Below are positions 11,108 to 23,735 of a stretch of DNA of 53,115 bases, in pieces. The stretch comes from Vezdaea acicularis (lineage: Eukaryota). The notes under the pieces are model-generated. The model saw nothing but the letters and a program-made list of their open reading frames with translations. It did no database searches and was not told the origin of the DNA. The translations under genes were made by a program, and so were the position numbers. How positions within the stretch are numbered: position 1 is the first letter of the stretch; each line of letters opens with the position of its first letter. Location of the stretch: positions 1-53,115 of the forward strand of contig JAPEUI010000107.1 in assembly GCA_026025075.1 (NCBI GenBank). The letters are read 5' to 3'.

Positions 11108-12982
11108 TTATTCATCATCGGGCCAATCTCGCAATTGCTGTGAAAGAGCTTGGCTAAGTGACCCACTCGACCTTCTTGCGCCTCGACGGCCACGGCCACG
11201 GCCACTTCCTCTTCCTCTTACAGGGCCATAGTTTATGTTAACCCCAAGCTCTGGTGCACGTTGATTCGAGCCTCGCGGTCTGCCTGGTCGTCTACCACGT
11301 GGCCTACCGGGTTTCTTTGCGAGGCTCGCTCTAGTTGGAGCAACTATCCTTGGCGGGAGCCTGGGTCCTCTGCATCCTCTAGCGGCCCGACTCGTTCTTC
11401 TTCCCCTTCCTATTACAGGTGCTCTCACCCCACACTCTTGATGTGATTTGGCTTCTTGCTCCGCTTGGACAGCTTCTGCTGAGGCTGCAGGCATTTCTGC
11501 CGCCGCATTAACGGAGAGAGTCTCGAGCGCATTCATGATTTCGCGCATCATTTGTCCTTGCACTGATAGGTTGGTTCCGTCACTATTCCCTATTTGAACA
11601 AGCTGTCGGACTAGATCATGCGCAATCTGAGCCTGAGCAAGGAGAGCTGAGGATGATGCACCCATCGTATCAGCCAAATGGCTCAGTGCATCTTCCAACA
11701 TTCTACACGCTGTAAGCAATGCCTGGAAACGAGAAGCAGATAGCGGACGGTTGTCATTTAGCCAAATCGAAAGGTGCAAGGCAACCTGGTGCAGTGTCCG
11801 AAGACTCTCAGCAAGCGGCAAGCCTGGACCCATAATAGCCTGCAGTCCATCGAGAATCCTTTGATTAGTATAAGCCGGATTATACAAGGCCATATCATCC
11901 GCTTGACCTCTATGGACTTGTGCGTCGAGTTGTTGAGTAAGTTGGTTTGCAGCATCAGCTAGCGTTTCAAGAGCACTTGAAGACTCGGGTTGGCCCTGGA
12001 TGGCAGATGTGAGCTGATCTAAAATGAAATGAGCGCCCTGAGCCTCTTCAACAATTCCTTGCTCAGGATCTTCATTTGCTGTAGCAAGGGCACCAGCGAG
12101 TGCTTGCGAGCTACCAGCCGCCACTGCTAGCGCTTCTTGTGGCGGAAGGTTGGGATAATCCATTGAAAGCCAGTCTGCTAGGGTTTGTAATGCCGCAGCG
12201 TGTGACGTGGAAGTCAACGGGTTGAGATCAATTACTGGCTGAGCTGCTGGTGCAGCGGCTTCACTGCTGCAGCTATCAACGTTGTCAAGGCTAGTGCCAA
12301 TGCCTGGTACAGAGTGCGCAGCAGCGTTACAAATAGCTGGAACTTCCTGATTCGCGCCATCTTGAGAGGCGATTTCGCCATAAGCGGCCTCTTCTTCACC
12401 TTGCTCGTTGTGGACCCCTGTATTCCCCCATGCTATAGTTAATTCTTGGATTTGCTGGTTTGAATCGACACATTGGCACTTGTCATTGCAATAGCCTCTA
12501 AACGCTAGCTGGAGCTCAAACGTTACGGCTGAACTTGGGGCTTCTACTATCCTTTTCGCCCCGGGTGGCTGATACATTCCCTCTTCATGGATCCTGTTCT
12601 TCCATCCTTCTTGTACACAATAGAAACCGACACTTGGACTCCACGTACGCCCATGTCCAGGACGGAGGAGATCATCAACGGGTGATGTGTCATAAGGGTT
12701 GAGTTCTCGGTCAATACCACAAAGATCAGCCAAATTAAGGAACTGTGCTGGGCTCCACCATTGCCTCTTTCGGCAGTTTAGATTGATGCCCAGCACATCC
12801 GTTTGGCACACAGGCCATGGTGAGTTGTAGTCCGTACGTTCTGGAAAGTCGCCGTTGCATTCAAGTACCTGTTGAAGCGATAAGCCTAAGTGTGAAATCA
12901 AGAGCTAGTTCTAGCGTACATAAATGCCCCTTGTTACGGCGGCAAGGAGAACTAATGGGAAGAAGTCTATAACAAACCCCAT
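11108..12982 (-). CDS. Putative secreted protein, paralogue B: six-Cys domain, helical Ala/Gln-rich region, Arg/Gly-rich basic tail
   Basis: Exon 1 12920-12982 encodes signal-like MGFVIDFFPLVLLAAVTRGIY; a 51-nt GT-AG intron 12869-12919 joins it in frame to the long ORF ending at 11108. Confidence 0.8.
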
Positions 12983-13209
12983 TTTACGCTTCAAGCGGTA
13001 TACCAACCACCGCACCAGCGTTGGGCGGGGTCGAAGATCAAACCTCGCGGTAATAAGGACTTGCGAATTGCACGGCAATTTACTGCAAAGGTGTGCTCCC
13101 ACATACTGAGCACAATATCAAACCCTCGTCATGGATATACCTGGAGATTTCCGCAGCAGGAATGGAATCCCCAAGGCACTTTCAGATCCGTGCCCAGATT
13201 CCCTTAAAT

Positions 13210-13244
13210 CAATCGATGTGATTCGAGGCGATTCACATCGATTG
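13210..13244. repeat. Inverted repeat with 12-bp perfect arms and an 11-nt spacer
   Basis: CAATCGATGTGA (13210-13221) and TCACATCGATTG (13233-13244). Confidence 0.7.
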
Positions 13245-14199
13245 TGATCTCAGTCTGATTGACACCAAGCCAGGAGAATTTGCGTTCAAAAATGCGTTGA
13301 GGAGAGAGGCTTCGATGCGGAACTTCTCTGTTAAGATAAACTCAAACAAGCACATGCCAGCATATTGTTGTGCGAGGCGTGAGACATGGCCATAAGAAAG
13401 ATGATTCTGTAGAGATGAGATAGAGAAAGAAAGCGCGCAACTTAAAAAACAGAGAGGAGACGCTGCTACCAGCGCAATCCTTGTCGCCAGCAAGAAATGT
13501 CACAATGCCACTTCATGAGGCAATTCGTGACTAGAACTATGATTCGCAGTCACCATCAATGCATGACAAACAAGACAACGAGGTGACCGTCTCAAGACAT
13601 TACCATAACTTCGTGGGAGGATTTTGACCGTGAGATGTGTCCTTGGCAAAGTCGCAGACAGCCGATGCTTGACTTTCTTTGGCCAAGTGGTCTCTATTGT
13701 CGATACAGAAGTCGGCCTTTCCACACCCCCGGGCTTAATTTAGCACCCCCAAACAAAGTCATGCTTTGTAAGATCCCTCTGTTTTGCTGACCACAGACAT
13801 CTACAATCCCATGTCATAAGTCTTCATCCGATTTCAACCGACTTTTTATTGACAACAATTCGCACCACATCTATTACCACAGCGCAAATATCGAAAATCA
13901 AAATTTACAAAGCTAAAGACCTTTGGTTTAGATTAATTTTGACATCTGAATTATACATTTTGGGCCAGATTTGGTGCTGATATGAGGTGTTTATCTAGGC
14001 AAGTATTTTGATGTGGTGCTGCGTCGCTAAAATCGGACTAAGACTTGTAACACAGCACTTAATATCACGAATGTGGGCTTGAAAGGTGATTGGTCCTAGT
14101 TCGGAAAGTTCCGTAAGGGTCATCGGAAAAGTCTCCTCCTGCTCCAAGAGCTTCATATCAGCATCATGAAATCGACTTTCTCTCAGGAACCGTGAGCTC

Positions 14200-17100
14200 A
14201 TGTTCTCTCATGCATTCGGCGCATTACGTAGGCCTTGTCCTGGGTATGTTTGTTTAAATTGTCTCCTAAAAGATACCGTGAACTCCCCTCCGAAACGAAG
14301 ACGGCGCAACTACAGCATACAGAACGCAGCACTGCAGGATTGTCCAAACGGGAAGTCTGCTCTTTCCACAAGGGGATCGTCTTTGGACCCAATCCATCTC
14401 TCTGTTGAATCAAAGGATCAGGTCAGTACAGAGCAAAGAGACTACTTTCTGCATCGGAGCTAACCCATATTTATCAGCTAGTAAAGCACCTGGAGCCACT
14501 GGACACGCTACAACTCAATCAAGCTACAAGGAGCTCTCCCAATGACCCGGAGTCACGCGCAAATATTATAGAAACCCAGCAGGCATCAAATATCTCCTTG
14601 TCGACTCCTAGAGACAATAGGCAGAACGCCAATAATCATCGCCATGGCCCTCTCAAGGAAAACAATTCGCCGGAAGTGGCTCACTCTATGGGCGAGGGGA
14701 AGAACACAAATATCAATCGAGGCTCTTCACGCTCAAAAGTGAATACCAAGCTGATGGAAGACAAAAGAAACGCTGCTCAGACTTCAAAGGACTCGCTTAA
14801 TGCTCACAAGAACGTTTCTAAGACAGACCCACGAGCGAAGAAATCTTCTCCGTTGCGACAGTCAATTGGAAGCATCAAATCCGCTATGTATGCTAGGGAA
14901 GAAGCGTCAGATAGCAAGCCTTCGCTATTGATCAAAGTCCTCAGCAAGAAGAAACGAGAGCCGTCTAGCATAGAATCAGAAATGGTGAAGAAAAAAAAGG
15001 CAAAAGGGCTGCAGAAAGGTAGGAGTCTAGCTCAGGGAAGATCTTCTAAACGGAAGCAAAAGGCTCCTGGCAAAGATAAGATGGGTTCCGCCTCAGTCAC
15101 TGGCGCTCCAGGGAAGCTGTCCATATCTAAAGCTTTATCAATTCTTTCCTCCACGAAGAAGCTTTCTTCTGGAAGGGGAAGTGGCGGATTGTCCAAAATT
15201 TTGGCTACCAAACTGCCAAGGCCTTCCTCAAAGAAGTCTTCTAAACGAGAAAACTCGTCACTCAATATCAATTCGCCTATAGTAGGAGGCAAAGCTTTCA
15301 GGCCCGGAACGGTAGGAGGACACTTGTCCCTAGAAGCGTCATTAGGGAAGGACTCATCGTTCTCCTTGACCAATAAACTTGAAGTCCATAGTATCGAAGC
15401 ATCGAACTTAGAAATCGAACGTTAGTCCTAACCAAACCCACTCCCAGTGCAAGAGCTAACCTAGCTTTAGCAATCTTTACGGAAGAGGGCCCAGTTGTAC
15501 CTGGCCTGGCATATGGTCTTGATAGAGTCTTATTCAAGTAAGTCAAAGAAAGACGAAAATCTCCTCTCGGTTGTAATAACATCTATCTCCAGCCCGGGAG
15601 TGTATCAACTCCAGGACCCGCGATCGCGGGTCTATAATTTCGATCCCTACTTACAAAAAATAATGCCAGTTGCAGAATTCAATTTCAGTTCCTTGCAAAA
15701 ATATGTAACATCATCCAAGGACGTTGTCCTACAATCTGTTGCGCAAAGATATGGAAAGCGATATACAGGGTCTTCATCGAGTATGACATCGACTCTAGCT
15801 CATTTTCATTTTCTTTTGTCACAGTGGAGAAGCCCGAACTTCTCTATGCTCTCCGAAAGCTTCCCTAAAGCTTCCAAAAATTTCACCCTTTTACAAAGAG
15901 GCCCGTCAGCTGCTTTCCTCCGCTGGAATGGCAGCGGCTATGCAATTGACGCAGATAAAGAGTACGACACCCCTAACGTTTTAAGCATGCTTGGGAAATC
16001 TATGGAGAAACTATTGACCCTAGAAACGAATGACTTTGAGCGATACCGCAGGACGAACGCAACACAAATTTCCGAGGATGAGAAAAGTGCGCCAGAAGCA
16101 TTTCATTACTCATCGATGGGAGATTTCCTCATGCGGTCCCAGCTTGACGCATATGACCATAGACTGCCAGGAACTGGGATGTTTGACCTCAAGACAAGAG
16201 CTGTGGTGTCGATAAGGATGGATGTCGAGAATTTTGAAGAAGGGATGGGTTACGAAATTCGACAATTGCATGGAAACTACGAATCCTTCGAAAGGGAGTA
16301 CTACGATATGATCCGGGCCGCCTTCCTTAAGTATTCACTGCAAGTCCGAATGGGTCGTATGGACGGTATCTTCGTTGCTTATCATAACACCGAGCGGATA
16401 TTTGGGTTTCAGTATGTTAGTCTTCCGGAGATGGACCTATCATTACATGGCACTGCAGACACTTTGCTCGGTGATCAAGAATTCAAGATGAGTGTAGAGC
16501 TCCTGAACAAGGTCTTGGATCGAGTCACTGCGAAGTTTCCTCAGCAGGTATGGCGAAGAACCCTTGCGTGTTCCAAGAACTCACCGCTAATTTGCAAAGT
16601 CCGTACGGTTGCACTTCGAAACAAGAGAGACTTCAACCCCATTTATGTACATCTTTGCTGAGCCTATGTCGGAAGAAAGAATCGAAAGGATTCAAAACAG
16701 AAGCCAATTGGCGACTCAAGATTTCGAGAGAAAGCTTTTCAATTTGGATCATGAAAACAGTGAAGGACAGTCATCAGTCGAGAGCCCCGGAGAAGATGGC
16801 CTTCAAGAGAAGGGCTGGGAAACATTGCGAGCTAAAGTTGAGGAAGAAGTTGAGATGGATGGAAGGTATCCACATCGAGAGGCTGTGGAGAGCGATGACA
16901 CCGGTTTGAGACCTACAATCACTCTCGGGGGAGATTCCACTAACAGCAATCTTATAGTGGCTAGTCTTGTTGACCTTGAGGCCATGGAGAGCAACTCCTC
17001 TCCTTTGGACAATGCTAACACTACATGTTCCGAAGAGCGGGCAGACTCGGAATCCGAAGCTACAGCTGAAAAGGAGGCACCCGCAAACACAGATGTTGAT

Positions 17101-17682
17101 GGACCGATAGATAAAGAAGCGGAGGGTTCTACGCGAGATGCCGCGAACCTCAAAACGGAGAACTGGGACTTAAGAGCCTTGGAACATGATAAAGATCCAA
17201 GCATGGGTGCCCCAGAGAAGGGTTTGCAGGCTCATACTTACAGTGACAAAATCTCAGCGGACACAGTGCCAGCTGTGCAAAATAAGAAGCTGCCCCATTC
17301 AAAGGCCGAGGGAAGAGATCTAGCGAGCAACAATTCAAAGGAAAGCCTGCATCAAGGCAGCACACCTGACCTATTCGCTATGACTTTGACTGTGCGTAAC
17401 AGGGTAAATGGACGTTATGTGGATCGTCCTGTTGATCTTCGCAAAGGGGACAAGTGGGCCGCTGAATATAGTCTTGCAGAGGTACAAGGCGCAGGTAGGA
17501 GCTGGAGTCTCTACACGGCATCTAAACTCAGACGGGAAAAAGCACTTAGCTCTAACAACAAAGATGAAAAGCAGGCTGTATCCTTCTACACGGCACGTCT
17601 GAGGGAATTGGCCCAGAAGGGCAAGCAATGGCGACTAGAGCGAGATAGGATGGACGAGGATAAGAAACGTAGCATCCTATAG
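14200..17682 (+). CDS. PET127: Mitochondrial RNA-processing exonuclease Pet127, multi-exon
   Basis: Presequence-like start MFSHAFGALRR; spliced LAYGLDRVLFN-PGVYQLQDPRSRVYNFDPYL; MRSQLDAYD, FDLKTRAV, FLKYSLQVRMGRMDGIFVAYHN. Confidence 0.92.
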
Positions 17683-18728
17683 TGCAGTCCCTTCCTAGAG
17701 AAAATCTACCTTCAATCGGGCTGTTCATACGCATTGAGAGAGTAAAGCCGCTGTGCGATAAAGTCTGATGTACATACTGTCGGTCGGCGATATGACTCTG
17801 GTCTAGTGCTAGCGTTGTATTGTTGCCATTGCTGAACGAGTTGGCGGTAGAGTGGACAAAGCGACGACGCCGTCAGGATCTTACTACATTTGCCAGCAGT
17901 TCGCTGGCCCTGATAACTCCCTTCAAATATACAGGAAGTGTTTATGCTTTACCAAGACTTTTTGACTAAATATTTTTCGAAAGCTGCTCTTTTGACCTCG
18001 GCAGGCACGTGCAACACATCGGCTGGTTCCCATTATAGCCATGCTCTAGCCAAGGAAAAGCTAGCGTTTGCTGCAATGTAGCTTCACGTCTGTCATTGGT
18101 CCTGTCTTCTTAAAGCGCACTTGTCCAACTTTCCGCGATTAGAGCTTACATACAGTGTCCGAAGTTTAACCTCCGGCATCTTTGTAGCCGACGGACTTGG
18201 AAGGCTATCTTTGATTCGCCAATGATTACTACAAGTTTTACAATCCAGTCGTACAGCCCATAGAGTCTACTTCTTACAGAAAAAAGCTACAGCTCTGATC
18301 TTATATCGCCCAGCCAAGGCAGATTGATCTAATAATCGAGCTATTGGTCTGACTTGCTTGCGGCCACGCCGTAGAGATCCTCTTTGCCTTTCTTATATCA
18401 ACGTCTTCACCTTGAGGGATCCATCCTCTTCCCATACTGTAGGGTATCAGGCGATATCCTCACCGCAGCAAAGTCAAGGTGCAGCTGCCTCAAAGTAGTC
18501 TCGATGTTCTTGTGATACTACGCGAAGCTGCGGCCGCCGAAAAGGCCAGGCTACATTTCAGTGAGCTTTACTCTTGTGCCTAGGGATCTTAGTGTCCTAT
18601 GATCCGGAGCTTTCCTCGTATAAACTAGCATCCATGATGGTCTCAGTGCAATTTTGACGGCTGACTGGAGTCTGTTAGCTATCAGAGGCCTTTTGTATGC
18701 TCCCAAACCAATGCAAAGCCATTAAGCT

Positions 18729-21700
18729 ATGAGCACTCCAAACACAGTAGACGGATCCACTTCACGGAGAAAGAGCATGGGCCTATTTCCAAGGTCTTCT
18801 CTGAGTGGACTGGTATCCTTTGGCGATGATCAGCCGGTTAAGAATAACCGACTATCAAGAATGAAGCATCGCCCGGCATCTGTGCAATCTTCCGGATCAC
18901 CTCTCGAGAATGCCCGTAAAGGCTCCACAAACGTAGAAGATGATCCTGACTCTCCGAAATTTCGACCTCGTACATTGGTTAAGTCAAGCCGACCAACTTC
19001 TCTCTTCGGCTCGCTAAGATCTCTAAATTCGGCTGAGGAAGAAGAACATCTCACAACAACCATATCTGCTGTATCATCAACCGAGGGTGAGAGGAAGACG
19101 AGTGATGAGATTGCCGACAAGATATTGCTTCATGGCGAAGTTCAGACGTCAGGCGGGATGTTCAGGAAGAGAAAGGGCTATTTGGTCCTGACAGAGACAC
19201 ACTTGGTTCGCTTTAAGGGTATAGCGCATGCCTCAGAAGCCTATCCTTCGTAAGTGGATTCCCGTCTTTCCAGGCTGGAATGGTAATCTAACTTCAGAGA
19301 AAGCGTTGGAGGCACTATCCGCCGCAATAAGTCTTTGAGGCACATGTCTATGACTTCCGTCACATCGCTCCACGACCTACAATCCTTGGCATCACAGTCC
19401 TCTCATGAGAATTACAGGGCTGGAATTCCTCTGAATCAGGTTGTGGCTGTATACAAGGTAGAAGACGGTCGGCCAATCTTCACGCTCGAGGTAGCACACC
19501 TTGATACAGAGATAAATACTGCGTCATCCTTTCTTATCCAATTGACTGATCCAAGAGATGGAGACCTTTGGCTATCATCCATTCGAGCCGCCGCTATTCA
19601 CGCTCGGCTTGTCGAACCTATTTACCATGATCAAAAGACTCAGGAATATGCAATACAGCGACTGGTGAAAGCTCGCGACTATGACCCAGACCATTTCCAG
19701 CTATTCAAAGTATTGCAACGTATGCCGAGTAGATCAGAAAGCCGCTCCTCTACAGATGACCTTACTAAACTGGGGTCCAGTGTCCGATACTTGGCCGTCG
19801 GGGAACAACAGCTCCACACGATCCCCCTGCAAGGCTCATCTCATAGGCTATCATCTAGTAGTTTATCTGATTTGAACAGGAGGACTTCGTTTGGTCTCTT
19901 GTCTTTGGTATCAATCAAAGTCAGAGCTACAGATGATGCATTCGAACTTGCATTTAGGTATTTTGATAATCATTCAAATGGTTTCTCGAGCGCTAAACTG
20001 GAGTAGAATACCTTTACAACCTCCAACAATATTGTATTTTGCGTCGTCCCACTCATCAGATATTGTAGTGTGGGTGCGCCAACTGATCAACTTCTTACGC
20101 CCAGAGTGGATTGAGCAGCCCCTCATTGTCCAAACCCCGCAAGATCTTGAAGACTCCATCGTGGAGATCCCCCCTATGCACGATGACCACCGAAGCTTCG
20201 ATCGTACTCTTATTGCTTACTGTGCAGCGTACGCAATTGACACGTCAGTGATTTGTTACACTATTATCTACGATACTGAAGATGCTCCTTGTATGACCTT
20301 GTTACCACCAGCTTCTAATCCTCCTCGAAAATACACTGTGCTTGAACTTCTTGCCTTTCTAAGGGCTCTTCGCTACAATGAATCGTTCTGTTCCATTTCC
20401 TTCCGTGGTGTTAGCCTTGACTGCTTACATCAGCTACGGGACGAGTATGGCCAAGACCACGTTCCATACACAACCCGATCAGGCCTTACCCTCAATTTCA
20501 ACAACCTTGCTCGGAGGTCTCTACTAATACAGGAATTACAGGCTCTCGCTGTAAAGAATAAAAGATTAAGGCGCCTGGATTTTACATCGTGCATAACTAG
20601 ACGACCTAAAGATGGCGATGAGGATTATGGTATTGACCCGGGCTGTGAAATCTGCGAGGCATTATTTCCCCTCTGTCGACGGCAATTGACAAACGTCGAC
20701 TGGATTGTGCTAAGTGGAATTGAGCTTGGAGAGACAGATCTTGATTACCTCGGTTTGTACTCATCTCGCATAGCCTGATAAATTACTGACAGCCATAAAG
20801 TGGATGCCGCCGTAGAACGAGCTTGCCACCTCCGAGCGTTGGAAGTCAGTAGCTGCGGATTGACCGAGAGAAGCCTGCAGTTAGTATTCAATGCCATGCA
20901 TTCCCAGGAGAGTACATTGGAGTCAATAGACATCTCCGGTAACTTGGCTCGGCTGAGTCCATCCACATTTCAAGGTCAGATTGGGTTTTTCGGTCGAATA
21001 CGCAAGTTGAATCTATCAAGAGTCCAGAGGACGACAGGGCCGGAACCTTTGGTTTCACCGGAGACTTTGCTCGCCTGGAGGCTGGAGGAACTCTGTCTAA
21101 GTCATACCCCAGTGAGTACACTCGGTGAATTCTACAAAACAACAGCTCATCATACAACCAGCTTAATACCCAGACAGTAGATTCTATCTCAGCATACTTG
21201 GCAACTCCAACTTCTGACACGCTGGGAACCTTGGAATTGAACCAGTGTGGACTTACTGGACGCGATCTCGCCGTTTTCATGCATTCAATGTCAAGAGCAC
21301 CAGGTGTGGCAAGAAATTTACATCTGTAAGTCAAAAGTTCCGCCAAAGCGAGTCATGCTAATAGAGAAAAGTCATGTTAGTGAGAATCGGCTCGAGAAGG
21401 ACCACAGCCAATTTGTTGAAGCCGTTGCGAACGGTCTGACTCCGACCAGTCTTACCATGAAAATGGTAGAGTACAAAAAGGAGGATCATTTCAGAGAACT
21501 GATACAAGCTATAAAGAGAAATAAAACCCTTAGGTTTCTCGACATTTCTAAGGCCTCGCTCCCTTATGATGCAAGTGAAGAAACTTGCGAAGCGTTACAG
21601 TTGATGTTCGCTGAAAACGAAACACTTGAAGAACTTGACATATCTGGCGAGCATGCGCATTTAGAAGTCGCGAAGTTCGGCATTGGCCTCAACCATGCGC

Positions 21701-22359
21701 TAACTGGTCTGAGGAAGAACAACGCCCTCAAAATTTTACACGTTGAATGTAAGGCTATGTATCAATTTGGAACCCTTTACTCAACGGAGCTAACCCGATA
21801 GGAAGACCAAAAGTTAGGGTTACAGGGCGCTAGTACACTTGCCACCGTTCTGGAAACAAACAAGACTTTACAACAGATCTATTGCGAGCATAACGATATC
21901 AATCTTCAGGGTTTGACGGTTCTTGTAAACGCGCTGACTAGGAATACATCTATTCTCTATCTTCCGCCCATGGACAGAGAACGGTTTGAAGCGCTGCAAA
22001 CCGTTCAGAGAGAAGTTGAGTCAATGAGAACGGAGAACATGTTACCTTCGACTGGTAAGGCCAATGCGTTCCGAAGATCGATGGCTGTCGTCGTCGGGTC
22101 TGCTACGAGTTCGAAGGTGAATCAAACCGCGTCTGGAGCGCCTATAGATCAGGATGTGAATGCAGCAGTAGCCATGGTAAACGAGAAGTGGGATAAGCAA
22201 GTCGACCGCCTCCAGAAATTCTTACATCGCAATCACAACATAGCCAATGGGCTTCCTATACCAGAAGGAGAGGAATACGCAGTCAGAAGGCCGACCACAG
22301 CAGAAGAGCTTGCTGTGGACCTTGCTGGGATCCTAAAGCACGTTACTGTAGCGCCTTAA
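18729..22359 (+). CDS. PH-like plus RNI-type leucine-rich repeat protein (CARMIL-like fungal LRR protein), multi-exon
   Basis: PH-like strand GMFRKRKGYLVLTETHLVRFK; LRALRYNESF; repeated LRR units LESIDISGN, LRFLDISK, LEELDISG; exons separated by canonical introns. Confidence 0.8.
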
Positions 22360-22799
22360 TCAGGAAGGTTCAAGTAAATACCGAAGAAAGGCTACAGAGG
22401 TTTTGGCGTTGGCTTGAGTACAGCTGCGAATACATAGCGGTTGTCACCAGGGTACTTTCGGGCGCATTGGAGCAGTTGATCTTGATAGCTTCGCATTTTG
22501 CTGGCGCCTGTGTAACACCAAATGCATGTCAACTTCGTTAATTGGTATCAATGATTGGATCAGAAGGTATCTTATCAATAGAACAAACTCTACTGGACAC
22601 CTAAGGTTTGAGTATCAAGGTCACGCCACCCTGATGTCGTTTAAGTTTGGAGAAACGCTTTGCACTAAGCATTACGAGGCAGCTGTAAAGTATAGATCTA
22701 ACTAGGGGATTGTTCTCATTCTAAGCATATCCTTGATCTCCTCATTTCATCGTCGAGGCTTCGACCGAGACTCTAAGCCTAATCATTGTCGGAACCACG

Positions 22800-23735
22800 T
22801 CAGAGCTCTCGGCTCAAACTTCGCGACCTCCACCTCTCATCCATCTCATCATCCGAAAAGCTATACGTCGGATTCATCTCATGCCGTTGTAACACCGTTT
22901 GGGCTAGTTTAGCTAGCTCTTCGTTGCTGGGAGTTCCAGCCTCTTCATCCATATCTACATTCATTCCATCCACATATACATCCATTCCATCCCCTCCCAG
23001 GCTCCCCTTATCCTCCTCCGCCTCCTCCTCCCCATACTCACCCTCGTCCACTTCTAGCGGCCTCACGTCCCCGGGTGTAAATCCAATGACCTTGCCCTCA
23101 CTCCCTTTCCTCAAGTTTTCGTCCCCACTTGTTTCTGTATCTGCATCTTCCTCTCTCCCTTCCACATCCGTTGGCAACGGCCTCGTTATATCTGCGCCCC
23201 TCATCCGCCCCCTCCTCCCCCTTGATCTTCCTCTTCCTCGCCCTCTACCCCGGCCCCCCCCCCTACCCCTCGTTCCCACACCAGCTTTTGAGGCCGGACG
23301 TCCGCGTCCGCGCCCGCGCTTATAGTAGCTCAACTGACCTGCACTGGGTCCAGTTTTCAATTTATCAGAATCATCTCTCACGGGTTGAGATGCCCGCATG
23401 CTGCCTCTCCTTCCCCGCGCCTGGCTGCGCGGACTAAGCCTGACGCGCTGTTTCGTCCTGGCAATGTTCTCCCATCTCCCCGCCGTGAACTCTGCCCAAC
23501 AGCGCTCTCGGCCTCCATTTTGTTCTACGAAGGGAAGAATATTGCATTTGTGCAGCTGGTCGAAGGTTGAGGTGAGAAGGTGGTTGTAGCTGGTGGGGCT
23601 AAGGTGGAGGTCTTGTGACAAGGACTCGGAGCTAGGGAGGAGGCTGCTGTTGAAGTCCCGATCGTGTGAGTGAGATTTTATGAGGTGTAGAGCTGAGAGA
23701 AATGTCAATGGAGAGTCCGGCAGAGAAATGGACAT
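22800..23735 (-). CDS. Hypothetical protein with AT-hook-like/RG-repeat segment and acidic C-terminus
   Basis: 311 aa ATG-started ORF containing KRGRGRGRPASK and RGRGRGRGRSRGRRGR followed by a D/E-rich region. Confidence 0.6.
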   Translation of the reverse strand: MSISLPDSPLTFLSALHLIKSHSHDRDFNSSLLPSSESLSQDLHLSPTSYNHLLTSTFDQLHKCNILPFVEQNGGRERCWAEFTAGRWENIARTKQRVRLSPRSQARGRRGSMRASQPVRDDSDKLKTGPSAGQLSYYKRGRGRGRPASKAGVGTRGRGGGRGRGRGRGRSRGRRGRMRGADITRPLPTDVEGREEDADTETSGDENLRKGSEGKVIGFTPGDVRPLEVDEGEYGEEEAEEDKGSLGGDGMDVYVDGMNVDMDEEAGTPSNEELAKLAQTVLQRHEMNPTYSFSDDEMDERWRSRSLSREL

